The position numbers and the translations under genes were made by a program. A stretch of 61,755 nt of DNA, counting the filler. It is 8 parts of 8 records of this genome, joined end to end, with 100 filler letters (N's around TTAATTAATTAA, not from the genome) between each part and the next. Parts side by side here need not be neighbours in the genome. Positions count along the whole stretch, not along the records: positions 30,997 to 37,395 come from SRR31147125_99201; positions 37,496 to 49,619 come from SRR31147125_99246; 6 more parts are not named here. One strand, written 5' to 3'. Positions within the stretch are counted from its first letter, which is position 1. Every line of letters starts with the position of its first letter. Below, piece after piece: positions 31,025-42,109 of this stretch. Below the pieces are notes generated by a model that was given only the letters and a program-made list of their open reading frames with translations, was not told the origin of the DNA and searched no databases.

Positions 31025-32284
31025 TTATGAATCAGCTAGTTTTATCAAGGTCTGAGCCAGAACATCAGCGCCTTTTCGAATATCTTCGAACTCGGTCCAT
31101 TCGTCAGGGCTGTGGCTCACACCTTCTTTACAAGGCACAAATATCATTCCGATTGGGGCGAACTGTGCAACCATAGCAGCATCGTGAAAAGCCCCGCTGA
31201 CAAGCGGTATATTTTCATAACGAAGTTCTTCGGAGGCCTTTTTGATCTCCGCAACGATTGACGGCGCACATGTTACCGTTTCTTCATGGGTGATTACATC
31301 GATCTCAATGCTGACCTTTCGTTTGTCCTCGAGCACCCTGGCATGCTCTTTGAGTGAATTGAGCACCTCACTCTTCGTGTTCATGTGCCGGTCACGCAGA
31401 TCAATTGAAAACTCTACCTGCTTGGGAATAACATTGGACGCATTTGGAGTAACGGACATCTTTCCGATGGTTCCAACCAGGTACGGTTCATCGCTACCGT
31501 AAATCTGTGATTCGAAATGCCGGCAAAACTCACCGAACGCCATCATCGGGTCCACCCGTTCATACTTCGGGGTTCCGCCTGCATGCCCCTGAATTCCTGA
31601 TATCTTTATGTTCAGCGAGGTCATACCATAGATGGCCTCAACGATACCTATCGGAATTTTTTTCCGATCAAGAATCGGTGCCTGCTCAATATGCAGTTCT
31701 ATGAAGGCATGCACATCTTCAGGACCACGGGCAATCGTATCGAACGTATCAATATCAAACCCGATATTCTGCAAAACCGATTCAAGTGTTTTACCTTCAC
31801 CGTCAACGATACGTTGGGTGTCTTCCCGCCTCAGCAATCCGGCTAACGCGTGGCTGCCGATTCCCCATTCACCGAATCTTGTCGGCTCTTCAGAGGTAAA
31901 TACAATAACCTCGAGATTTCGTTTGTGGGCAATACCTGATTTCCTGATAGCGCGTAATGCCTCTATGCCGGCGACAACGCCCGCCATACCGTCGAACTTG
32001 CCTGCGTTGTTTACGGTGTCGATATGAGATCCGGTCCATACCGGTGCGAGACTCGGGTCTGTCCCCGCCAGGGTTGCAAAGATATTGCCGACACCGTCTT
32101 CTCTTACGGTTAAACCTGTTTCCACCATCCGCTGTTTTACATATTCGCGCGCCTTCAATTCTTCATCGGTGAAAAGTATCCGGGTTGTTCCATAGCCTGG
32201 AGTCGAGTTATAGGAGTCTATCGTATCGATGTCTTTCTTTATCGTTTCAAACGATGTACGGGGAAGTTTCATTGCCTCACTCAC
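31025..32284 (-). CDS. M20 Zn-dependent amidohydrolase (allantoate amidohydrolase / N-carbamoyl-L-amino acid hydrolase family)
   Basis: GSHIDTV, GKFDG, EEPTRF, ELHIEQ, HAGGTP, SGAFHDA and SHSPDE. Confidence 0.9.
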   Translation of the reverse strand: MSEAMKLPRTSFETIKKDIDTIDSYNSTPGYGTTRILFTDEELKAREYVKQRMVETGLTVREDGVGNIFATLAGTDPSLAPVWTGSHIDTVNNAGKFDGMAGVVAGIEALRAIRKSGIAHKRNLEVIVFTSEEPTRFGEWGIGSHALAGLLRREDTQRIVDGEGKTLESVLQNIGFDIDTFDTIARGPEDVHAFIELHIEQAPILDRKKIPIGIVEAIYGMTSLNIKISGIQGHAGGTPKYERVDPMMAFGEFCRHFESQIYGSDEPYLVGTIGKMSVTPNASNVIPKQVEFSIDLRDRHMNTKSEVLNSLKEHARVLEDKRKVSIEIDVITHEETVTCAPSIVAEIKKASEELRYENIPLVSGAFHDAAMVAQFAPIGMIFVPCKEGVSHSPDEWTEFEDIRKGADVLAQTLIKLADS

Positions 32285-32462
32285 TAATTATTTCATTCGC
32301 TCGACGAAGGTATCGTATTCCGATCCGTCAATTGTTTCATCACCCCGATATGCAAGGGCGCAGAACACAACCGTCAAATCAGGCAGTACCAATTCAGTTG
32401 TCGCTCGCAACATACGCACAAGTTATTTTGTTATCGGGCAAAGCCAGGACGAAAAGACCTCA

Positions 32463-32646
32463 TTACAGGACTACATCCCGGTTGCAATCCTTTGAGTATA
32501 TGTATGTCAGGCGGGTCGGACCGGTGGTATGCACAGCCTGCAAACCCTGGAATAACATTGATCACACGTCCCTCAGGAAGGATAATTGCGTATTCCCCTG
32601 CTTTGATAACAGCCCTTGTTTTCAGAAGTCCACCCGGATAGCCTAT
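32463..32646 (-). pseudogene. allE: (S)-ureidoglycine aminohydrolase remnant with a large internal deletion
   Basis: N-terminus (ATA)GYPGGLLKTRAVIKAGEYAIILPEGRVINVIPGFAGC is fused out of frame to the AllE C-terminus QAVHTTGPTRLTYIYSKDCNRDVVL*. Total 184 nt. Confidence 0.8.
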
Positions 32647-32919
32647 TTGTTTTTTCTTTGTGAAATGGGCTAATCCGTCCAACAGGGACCTGCCGGGAAC
32701 AGTATCTTACGATAGCCTGAATTCATTCCATGTATAAACCGAGTATTTGTTCTCGTCCACTATCATATTTCAGCAGGTAGTGGTGATCATACGCTTATAA
32801 ATAGGGATCTGCTCCTGTCATGTTCCTCGTTGGGTCGGCGGCATATCTGATTTCGCGTTCGTCGTGGATCTTTTAACTTTCAGTACACCTACGCCCAATA
32901 ATTCAAACAGGCCCATTTT

Positions 32920-32939
32920 TTGTATGTTACATCATACAA
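32920..32939. promoter_or_regulatory. Palindrome, candidate GntR operator
   Basis: TTGTATG-TTACAT-CATACAA in the divergent interval. Related TTGTACAGACAA (33036) and TTGTAGACAG (33116) sites lie nearby. Confidence 0.45.
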
Positions 32940-33157
32940 GATAATGAGCAAAGGATATGTCAAGCCCGGAAAACTGGCAATCGAAAAGAAACGACTTCGT
33001 CACAAAAATAGATAAACAGCTGTAAAGAAAAACTTTGTACAGACAATATGAAGTTGTGAAATGAAAGATAATACTAAATCCGAGATCATATCGATACCAA
33101 CAGTCGCGGACAAATTTGTAGACAGCATACAGTTTTTCAGGTAATTAAATTACAATT

Positions 33158-33802
33158 ATGGAAAGCGTCCAAAAGCCACGGCCCAATCTTGGTGAAATTG
33201 CCTACCAGGAAATCAAGGAAATGATTCTCACCGGAGAGCTCGAACCCGGTGAGCGTATTGTCCTGGGCAACCTTTCTCAACTGCTCAACCTGAGCATTAC
33301 GCCGATCCGGGACGCGCTCAACAAACTGGCTCAGGAAGATCTGGTAATAATTACGCCCAGAACAAGCCACATGGTGGTGAAAATCTGTGAGCAGGATGCA
33401 CGCGATATTATCGACCTGAGACTGACCCTCGAGACGTTCGCCCTCACATCCTCCGGCGCGTCCCTGACTGATTTCCCGGTTGATGCGTTCAGAGCCGTAT
33501 TTTCAGAACAGGGCGCATACATAAATCATAAGCAGTTTTTGAAAGCAGACGCCCTCTTCCACGAATCGATATTGGCGACAAGCCCAAATAAACGGCTTCC
33601 CAAGCTCTATTCGTATCTACAGAATCTGATCCAGGTCCTGTCCGTTCAAGCGATAAAAGTTGAAGGCAGGATGGGCTCTGCAAATGACGAGCACTTTGCA
33701 ATACTGGACGCAATTGAAGAAGGTGATATCACCAAGGTTGAGAAAAGTCTTTCTTATCATTTCAAGCAGATGCGGCAGGCTCTGCTCAAAGTGATCGATT
33801 GA
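33158..33802 (+). CDS. GntR-family regulator (FadR subfamily, FCD domain)
   Basis: AYQEIKEMILTGELEPGER..., SITPIRDAL, and FCD motifs D..FH, NKRL and EH..ILDAI. Confidence 0.92.
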   Translation: MESVQKPRPNLGEIAYQEIKEMILTGELEPGERIVLGNLSQLLNLSITPIRDALNKLAQEDLVIITPRTSHMVVKICEQDARDIIDLRLTLETFALTSSGASLTDFPVDAFRAVFSEQGAYINHKQFLKADALFHESILATSPNKRLPKLYSYLQNLIQVLSVQAIKVEGRMGSANDEHFAILDAIEEGDITKVEKSLSYHFKQMRQALLKVID

Positions 33803-34029
33803 GAGAAGAGCTGACTGAAGAACATATCTTGTGACGCATCACCAGGAGAGAAGAGGGAGATTCTGACGACCAGGCTGGCAGAACTCAAACAGACAGACTT
33901 TGAAAACAGCAGAGAAACTGACCGACATCGGAGGAAGATGTTATTACAATACATAGTACAGTATTCATGATCTGGTATCCTGATTTACCGGGTGAACATA
34001 TAAAAAATCTTATAATTACAAATTAATTC

Positions 34030-34548
34030 ATGCATTCAATCTCAACAAAAGCCATACATGCCAGCAGGCGGCTGAACTGGTTTGTGGAAAGGGCCTGTGT
34101 CGTGTTACTGGTGCTTCTCGTGCTTGATGTTTGGCTCGGAGTTCTTGCCCGCTATGTATTACCGTTCCAAATCACGTTTACTGAAGAACTGGCACGTTAC
34201 CTGATGATCTGGATGGCGCTGATTGCCGTATCCAGTGGCATCAGTCATCGTGAACATATCGGTGTTCTGATTTTGTTCGAGCGGTTTCCGCCATCGGTGC
34301 GTAAATGGCTTGCAGTATCATTTGATGTGATCGTATTCATCTTTTTCGCGATTATTTTTTATTATGGAATCGGCATGGTGGAAAGGGGCTTCAGTCGTTT
34401 CACCATGATTGAGTCGATCCCTAAAGCTTATCCTTTTATGGGCGTACCGCTTGCGGCATTGCTTGCCTGTTTGCAACTGGCGCTTGTCGCTGTTCATGAT
34501 CTTTTCACCGTCGGCAACAGCACCGATAAAAACGGGATGGAGAATTAG
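34030..34548 (+). CDS. dctQ: TRAP transporter small permease
   Basis: Four TM segments, ARY...TEELARYLMIW and EHIGV. Confidence 0.88.
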   Translation: MHSISTKAIHASRRLNWFVERACVVLLVLLVLDVWLGVLARYVLPFQITFTEELARYLMIWMALIAVSSGISHREHIGVLILFERFPPSVRKWLAVSFDVIVFIFFAIIFYYGIGMVERGFSRFTMIESIPKAYPFMGVPLAALLACLQLALVAVHDLFTVGNSTDKNGMEN

Positions 34549-34552
34549 CCAT

Positions 34553-35831
34553 ATGTTACTTGTAGCCACTATTTTCTTTGGTTTACTCATACTCGGTATG
34601 CCTGTTGGTTTTGTTCTCGGTATTGCCGGTATGGTCGGCATTTTTGATATGGGCGGCGGTCATTATCTGGCCATGGCCCCGGATCGAATGTTTGCGGGAC
34701 TGGACCTCTTTCCTTTTCTGGCAATGCCATTTTTTATTCTTGCCGGCGAAATCATGAATCGATCCGGCATTACCACTCACCTGGTTGAATTTGCCGACTC
34801 GCTGGTAGGGTGGCTGCGCGGCGGCATGGCCCACTCAAACATGGTGGCCTCTGTAATGTTCGCAGGAATAACCGGAGCGGCAACTGCTGATGCGGCTGCC
34901 TTTGGCAATACTCTGGTGCCCGCAATGGTTAAACAGGGGTACACGAAACCATTTGCCTGTGCCGTGACGGCGGCAGGTTCAATCATCGGCCCGACGATCC
35001 CTCCATCGACGCTCATGGTCATTTACGGATCGATCATGGGGGTTTCAATTGCGGGACTGTTCGCAGCAGGAATCCTGCCCGGGTTGTTGATCTGTCTGAT
35101 CTGCATGGCTGTTATCGCGGCGCTGGGCAGACGACTGAATCTGCCGAAATCAGACAAGCGACCGAGCCTCTTAAGCATTCTTAAGGCCTTCAGGAAAAGC
35201 TTCCTCGCCCTGGTATTGCCGATATTCATTCTCGGATCCATTCTCGGCGGCGTCGCAACTCCCACCGAAGCGGCTTCAATTGCTGTTTTCTACGCGTTGA
35301 TAGTCGGTGGGTTTATTTACCGCGGAATAACGATGAAAGACCTCTACGAAATGCTGGTTCGTACAACCCGCATTACCGGGGTAATATTTCTGATTATCGC
35401 TTCTGCTTCCATACTTGGCTGGTGGATGACCTTCAACCAGATTCCCCAGATGATCGCCGAGGGCTTTCTGGCATTATCCAGTAACCCTCATGTCATCATT
35501 GCGATGATTATCGGATTATTGCTTTTCATCGGGCTTTTCATGGATATCAACGCCACGTTGATCATCCTCGCACCGGTACTGGCCCCGTTGACCAAGACCA
35601 TCGGCATGGAACCGGTGCATGCCGGGATAATGATTATCCTGGCATTGAATATTTCTTTGATGACCCCCCTGTCGGCGCCTGCCTTTTCGTATTGGCTTCA
35701 GTGACCAAGACCAAGGTTGAGGCCATTGCAAAATCCCTGTGGCGTTCCTGCTTGCAGAAACAGCCGTCCTATTTATGGTTGCCTATTGGGAGGACATGAC
35801 TTTAGCCATTCCACGATTTCTCGGTTTGTAG
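34553..35831 (+). CDS. dctM: TRAP transporter large permease (two single-base losses, near 35664-35669 and 35743)
   Basis: LAMPFFILAG, GAATADAAA, IPPS and TPTEA. Corrected tail: TPPVGACLFV...LWPFLLAE...IPRFLGL*. Confidence 0.9.
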
Positions 35832-35881
35832 AGATCGATGGGAAACCCTAAAACACAGATACTATCAGGAGGTATCAATTT

Positions 35882-36922
35882 ATGAAATTTCGTAACAAGC
35901 TTGGTCAATTCATTGTAGCAGGAACCGTAACCGCCATGCTGTCAGTCAGTGCGTATGCCGCGGATGTAACAATGCGTGTTGCCCATCTTAACCCAGAAGG
36001 TGCGTTTGAAAGCCACTCGGGTGCGATGACCACGATATTCAAATCTCTGGTAGAAAGCGCGAGTGGCGGAGAGATCGAGGTCAAACTGTTCCCCAACGGA
36101 CAGCTTGGAAAAGATAACGAAGTTATCCAGCAGGTGCGCGACGGCATCGTCGAGTCAACCATTTCTTCGGCCGGCGGTATCGCTCAGCATTACCCGCTTG
36201 TCGGTGTCTTCGATATTCCCTTTGCGTTTCCGAATATTGCTGTTGCCAACCGGGTTATTGATAAAGACAGTGAATTCGGTATGAAATTCTGCGCCGACCT
36301 TGAAGCAAAGACCGGATTGAAAGTACTGGGCCTGATTGACTCAGGTGGTTTCTTCGCATTTTCCAACTCCAAACGTCCTATCAAAAGCGTCGAGGATATG
36401 GAAGGACTCCGCATCCGTACGATGACTCTGCCTACACACCAGACCATGGTCAGTTCTCTGGGCGGAAAACCGACTCCATTGCCATGGGCTGAAGTTTACA
36501 CCGCACTGCAAACAGGTGTCGCAGATGGACAGATGAACCCGATTCCGATCATCGCTTTTGCTAAATTTGACGAAGTACAGAAATACCTGTCGATTACCAA
36601 CCATGTTATTACGCCGTATATCTGGACGATGAACATGGACTTCTACAACGGTCTGTCGGAAACACACCGTGGAATCGTTGACTGGGCAGCAGAGGTTGCA
36701 ACCGAAGCCGGCCGCGGCGTGTCACGTGTAATCGAGGCATCTGACAAAGGCCTGCCCGCACTTTCTGAAAAAATGGAAGTCAATGCGGTATCAGCTGAAG
36801 AGTTGGAAAAATTTGCAGCTGCGGCCCAACCTGCAGTACGGAAACTCATTGAAGAGAAACTCGGAGATGAGGGATCCGATATGCTGGATGCAATGCTGAG
36901 TGCAATTGAAACATCGAAATAA
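35882..36922 (+). CDS. dctP: TRAP substrate-binding protein
   Basis: Signal peptide, FPNGQLG, DMEGLRIR and EVYTALQTGVADGQMNP. Confidence 0.93.
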   Translation: MKFRNKLGQFIVAGTVTAMLSVSAYAADVTMRVAHLNPEGAFESHSGAMTTIFKSLVESASGGEIEVKLFPNGQLGKDNEVIQQVRDGIVESTISSAGGIAQHYPLVGVFDIPFAFPNIAVANRVIDKDSEFGMKFCADLEAKTGLKVLGLIDSGGFFAFSNSKRPIKSVEDMEGLRIRTMTLPTHQTMVSSLGGKPTPLPWAEVYTALQTGVADGQMNPIPIIAFAKFDEVQKYLSITNHVITPYIWTMNMDFYNGLSETHRGIVDWAAEVATEAGRGVSRVIEASDKGLPALSEKMEVNAVSAEELEKFAAAAQPAVRKLIEEKLGDEGSDMLDAMLSAIETSK

Positions 36923-36940
36923 ATACACAACTCAGTCAGT

Positions 36941-36978
36941 AAAAATGCAGGCCTGTACCGTTAAGGTCAGGCCTGCAT
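36941..36978. terminator. Terminator-like hairpin after dctP
   Basis: ATGCAGGCCTG (36945-55) / CAGGCCTGCAT (36968-78), with an A-run on the 5' side. Confidence 0.55.
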
Positions 36979-37395
36979 CAGCAGTTTCTCCAGACTCGCC
37001 GTCTCGAATTTCCCCGCGAATATCTTCTGACATTCAGTTTCTGCGTAAGATGGTTAGCTGGAAAAATTAAGATTTTCCCGTACAGTTTATGGCTGAAATA
37101 ACCGTCACATCCCTGGTCCCGAAAGGGGACTGATTTTATTTTTATTTGCTTTGGTTCGGGGGACAGAATGATTTTCACAGAACCCGCGCCCGCGAAAAAA
37201 TTCAGTTCCCTGGGTGTGCGGAAAAAATTAATCTGTCTCCCGGTTTTTAATGCTGGCAGTGGGAGACCAGGGAATTCTCAAGAGCGTAAAGCTGGCAGGG
37301 CATGCCAGTCGGAGCGGCTTGGGGAGTGGATTCTTTATCTGTACAAATTATCAGCAACTAAAAACCCCCACTCAATCCCCATAGAACCACACTTC

Positions 37396-37495
37396 NNNNN
37401 NNNNNNNNNNNNNNNNNNNNNNNNNNNNNNNNNNNNNNNTTAATTAATTAANNNNNNNNNNNNNNNNNNNNNNNNNNNNNNNNNNNNNNNNNNNN
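37396..37495. other. Artificial contig linker
   Basis: N44-TTAATTAATTAA-N44. Confidence 0.98.
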
Positions 37496-38398
37496 CTGCC
37501 AGCGGCTTCATGTACTCGAAAATATTGGCCCCGCTTTCGTGGGGTTTGGTCTCATCGAGGCTGCAGATCCGGTCAAACTGGTCGCGAATCTCTTCAGGTG
37601 CAATCTCGCGGAAGCGTCCCCAATACAGACACCCTGGCCGGAGACCACTGCCGTGCGGCCGTACCAACCGGCACCCATGGCGAACGTCATACCGCTCACC
37701 TTGTTATCTTCGGAGGCAAGGTAAAGCACCATGGGCGAATTGAATTGGGGATTGAGTTTCTTTTCGAACTCGGGCGGGAAAATATCGCTCGTCATTCGAG
37801 AGTAGGCCGTGGGCGCTACGGTGTTAACCTTGATGTCGTAATTTGCGGTTTCCAGCTTGAGCGTGTTCATCAGTCCGACCAACCCCATTTTGGCCGCTCC
37901 GTAGTTGCACTGGCCGAAGTTGCCATAGAGGCCTGACGTGGAAGAAGTGAAAATAATGCGGCCGTAATTTGCAGCTTTCATCAGCTTGAGCGCAGGCTGG
38001 GTAACGCAGAAGGCACCCTTGAGATGGACCGCAATCACCAGGTCCCACTCCTCTTCAGACATCTTCAAAAAGGATTTGTCGCGCAGAATGCCGGCATTAT
38101 TCACCAGAATATCCAGCTGACCGTAAGTGTCGACGGCTGTCTGCACGATACCGGCACCTCCCTTCATGGTGGCCACAGAGTCGTAGTTGGCAACAGCTTC
38201 GCCGCCGGCAGCCTTGATCTCCGCGACGACCTTGTCGGCTGCAGACTGGTCCGAACCAGCGCCATCGCGGGCACCGCCTAAATCATTGACAACCACCTTG
38301 GCCCCCCTGGCAGCCAACTCCATTGCATACATCCGACCAATCCCCTGCCCGGCGCCTGTAACGATTGCAACTCTTCCGTCAAAACTGATTTCCGCCAT
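37496..38398 (-). CDS. SDR, MFE-2-like 3-hydroxyacyl-CoA dehydrogenase (probable indel near 37610; runs to the contig end)
   Basis: [23 protein letters not shown] and [12 protein letters not shown]. The shifted frame gives the typical ..[11 protein letters not shown] tail. Confidence 0.88.
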
Positions 38399-38899
38399 GC
38401 TGAACTCCTTTTTCTCCTGATCATTCCTCTTTTCCGATGTTGAAAGACCGCACCGGCCCTTCCATCTTCAGCCTCCATCCTCATTGAAATCTACAGTTGG
38501 ATTTAGCGGAAAAGCATCCGGGTGTCTACCTATTATTAATGTCTGACCCACCTTTGTTCATCATACCCGGCTCACCGTGCGGAAAGGCAGAGCGCTATCT
38601 ACCCGCCGCCTATATTGGAATTAGAATGCAGCATATATCGGCATATGCTTCAGTGATTGACAATCTGCCACGCTTGGCCGAGAATGGCCCTATCAAAAAT
38701 TGCTTGTCAAGATACGAAAGAGACGTTTATACATCACAAACTTCGTCAGGAATCAGCACTTACGATCTGTTTTGCAGCCCTGTCATATCCCTGAGCCGGA
38801 CATCTCTTCTCTATTCCTGCACACACGCGATACACTTCTGCGTTCTCTGCAGTCGAAAATAACATTCCCCTACTTTCCCATGGTTCAAGGAGGTGACTT

Positions 38900-40635
38900 G
38901 TGATTCATCAATTCGACACCGTGATTGTCGGGTCTGGCGGTGCAGGTCTTTACGCCGCACTGGAAGCCAGCCAGCGGTCAAAAACGGCGGTCCTTTCCAA
39001 ACTCTATCCGATTCGAAGCCACACCGGTGCAGCACAGGGTGGGATCAGCGCCGCGCTGGGCAATGTCGAGGAGGACAAGCCCGAATGGCATGCGTTCGAT
39101 ACCGTCAAAGGCGGTGACTATCTGGTCGACCAGCAGGCAGCTAAAATTCTGGCCGAAGAGGCGGTCCAGGCGGTTTACGACTTGGAGAACAGGGGGTTGC
39201 CCTTCAACCGCACCCCCGAAGGGCGCATCGATCAACGCCGCTTCGGTGGTCATACACGCAATTTCGGAGAAGCCCCGGTCAAACGCGCCTGCTATGCGGC
39301 CGACCGCACCGGTCACATGATTCTACAGACCCTCTATCAACAGTGCATTAAAAACAAGGTCTCGTTTTTCGACGAGTATCAGGTCATGGACCTGATCATG
39401 GACAACAACACGTGCAGGGGGTGGTAGCCGTTCAGCTCTCCACCGGCGACCTGCACATTCTGGCCGCCAAGGCAGTGCTCTTTGCCACCGGTGGTTTCGG
39501 TCGCCTGTTCAAAATCACCTCCAATGCCTTTGCCAATACCGGCGACGGCCCGGCTGTCTGTGCGCGGCGGGGCATACCGCTGCAGGACATGGAATTTTTC
39601 CAATTCCACCCCACCGGCATCATGGGGCTGGGCATTTTGATCTCCGAGGCGGTGCGCGGCGAGGGCGGTATCTTGCGCAACCGGGACGGCGAGCGCTTCA
39701 TGGAGCGCTACACGCCCACCCTGCTGGACCTGGCGCCCCGCGATATCGTCGCCCGCTCGATTATGACTGAAGTGCGCGACGGCAAGGGAATTCGCGGCGA
39801 TCGCAAGATTGACGACTATGTGCACCTGGATGCGACCCATCTGGGCAAAGAGACACTGCTCGGCAAGTTGCCGGATATCACCAGTTTCTGCAAAACCTAT
39901 CTGGGCATCGACCCGGCTGACGCCCCCATACCGGTACTGCCCACTGCTCACTACGCCATGGGCGGCATTCCCACCGATACACACGGCCGGGTGGTCTGCG
40001 ACAGCGAGGGCACAGTGGTCAATGGGCTCTATGCGGCCGGCGAATGCGCCTGCGTTTCGGTCCACGGCGCCAACCGACTGGGCACCAACAGCCTCCTGGA
40101 CCTGGTGGTTTTCGGCCGTCGCGCCGGACAGCATATCGGCGACTATGTCAAACAGGCCGATGCGCCACAAGCCAAGGAAGAGGATGCCGAAACCGCACGG
40201 GCTTGGATCGAGCGTTTGACGGACGGCAAATCAGGCCCCCACGGTGGTCACATCACCGAAGAGATGCAAACCACAATGATGGAGAAGGTGGGCATCTACC
40301 GTAACGCCGGTGACATGCAATCGGCCACGGAGGCCGTCCAGTCCCTTCGAGAGCGCTACTTGGCCGTCCGCGTCCAGGACACCAGCAAGCAGTTCAATAC
40401 CGATCTGCTCGAAGTCATAGAGTTGGGCAATATGCTGGATCTCTCCTTGATCACCGCAGCATCGGCGCTCAACCGCCAGGAGAGCCGCGGCGCCCACAGC
40501 CGGGAAGACTTCCCGGAGAGGAACGATGACGAGTGGCTCAAACATACCCTCACCCACCTGGAAGGCGACACGGTGCGCATCGATTACAAGCCGGTGGACG
40601 CCTCCATATGGACGCCGAAACCGCGCACCTATTAG
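38900..40635 (+). CDS. sdhA: Succinate dehydrogenase/fumarate reductase flavoprotein (about 578 aa; one missing G at 39417-39421)
   Basis: [16 protein letters not shown] (FAD His), [27 protein letters not shown] and ESRGAH. Confidence 0.92.
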
Positions 40636-40677
40636 TTGTCCATGCACACCTTTGGGCAGACACATAAGGAGAGACCC

Positions 40678-41406
40678 ATGAAAATAACCCTTAAAGTACA
40701 ACGATATAATCCGGATACCGATGACCAGCCCTATTTCCAGGAGTACACACTCGAAGCCATGCCCAACGAACGCTTGTTGGACGCCCTGATGACCGTCAAG
40801 CGATTTCATGATGGCAGTTTGGGATTTCGTAAAAGCTGCGCCCATGGCGTATGCGGGTCGGATGCCATGCGCATCAACGGCAAGGATGGGTTGGCGTGTA
40901 AAACGTTGATCAAGGAGGTGGCCCAAAAGGATGGGGACACCATTACCGTGGAACCGCTTCGCTACTTGCCGGTGCAGCGCGATCTGATTGTAGACCAGAA
41001 TGACTTTTTCGAGCGCTACAGGGCGGTCAACCCCTTTTTAATCAACGATGAACCTGTTGAAGAGAAGGAGCGCCTTCAGAGCCAGGAAGAGCGCATGCTT
41101 TTCGACGATACCACCAATTGTATTCTATGCGCCTCATGCTATTCGGCATGCCCAATACCGGAGAAGCTTCCGGCCTTTATCGGTCCGGCGGCCATCGCCC
41201 AGGCCTTCCGCTTTTTAGCCGACAGCCGTGACCGGGGAATGGCGGATCGTCTTCCGGCCCTGGATCGGCCCGAGGGGGTTTGGGCGTGTGAGAACCATTT
41301 TGAGTGTACCAAATGCTGCCCGCGTTCGATACTGATCACCAAACGCATTAACCAGACTAAGAAGATGATCGAAAAGCACAAGGCCACGGGAGAAGCAAAA
41401 CAGTAG
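40678..41406 (+). CDS. sdhB: Succinate dehydrogenase/fumarate reductase Fe-S subunit
   Basis: SCAHGVCGSD...LAC, CILCASCYSACP and CENHFECTKCCP. Confidence 0.93.
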   Translation: MKITLKVQRYNPDTDDQPYFQEYTLEAMPNERLLDALMTVKRFHDGSLGFRKSCAHGVCGSDAMRINGKDGLACKTLIKEVAQKDGDTITVEPLRYLPVQRDLIVDQNDFFERYRAVNPFLINDEPVEEKERLQSQEERMLFDDTTNCILCASCYSACPIPEKLPAFIGPAAIAQAFRFLADSRDRGMADRLPALDRPEGVWACENHFECTKCCPRSILITKRINQTKKMIEKHKATGEAKQ

Positions 41407-41459
41407 CGGACGAAACTGGATTGGAGGAGAGACGCTGAACCATTCGGGATCAATTGCAA

Positions 41460-41977
41460 TCAATGGGGTGTTTCAAAACTATCCAGAAACATCTCCCCGC
41501 TACTCGCATCACCCGGCTTAACATCAGGGTGGCTGTTGATAATGCGGGCACATGAATTCCATCTCAGCACCGCATCCTGATTGTCCGGATCACAACCCCT
41601 CAATGCCCGATCATAGGATTCCAGTGCCTTGGCAAACCAACTGTAGGCCACCTCGCCGGAGCCAGGCCCCCCTGCCTCAGGTGCGCTTTGGCCCGCCGCT
41701 CGTAAATGATACCCGCGTAATACGCTTTACAATAAGTGTCGTTCAGCCGTTCTGCGATCTCGAGGGCCTCCTGGTAAGAGGGACTCAATTCATTGGTGAA
41801 ATTGTCCGTCAGCGCCAGCAGCAACGTGGTGAGGGCCTCCTGGTGGTCGGGCACCACCGTCAGGATATCCAAACAGATGCTTTCAGCTTCATGGGGTTCA
41901 TTGAGCAATCGATAGCGTTTCGCCAACTCGAGGGCTGAAGGAACGGATTCCGGTGAAAGGGATTTAAGATCGACCAT
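41460..41977 (-). CDS. Helical (TPR-like) hypothetical protein, about 172 aa (indel at 41667-41672)
   Basis: ORFs 41600-41977 and 41460-41651 join with one extra G: RYRLLNEP.EAESICLDIL...YYAGIIYERRAKA...LRWNSCAR. Strong SD AGGAGG. Confidence 0.75.
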
Positions 41978-42109
41978 AACCGCCTCCTTTCCAAGTCACC
42001 TTTCTGTGACCCTGGTCTTGCATGATGCTTAATGCTAAGCAGCATCCCTTGCAATGCAAGTTGAGGAAAAGGTGTGCGGCTTATCTACTGCACATGCGGC
42101 TATGGGACT

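Noticed and set aside
38399-38899. ORFs of 67-121 aa upstream of sdhA as a missing SdhC/D anchor
   Set aside because: No multi-TM pattern or heme-ligand His spacing and no good SD. The region is better read as a divergent promoter interval.
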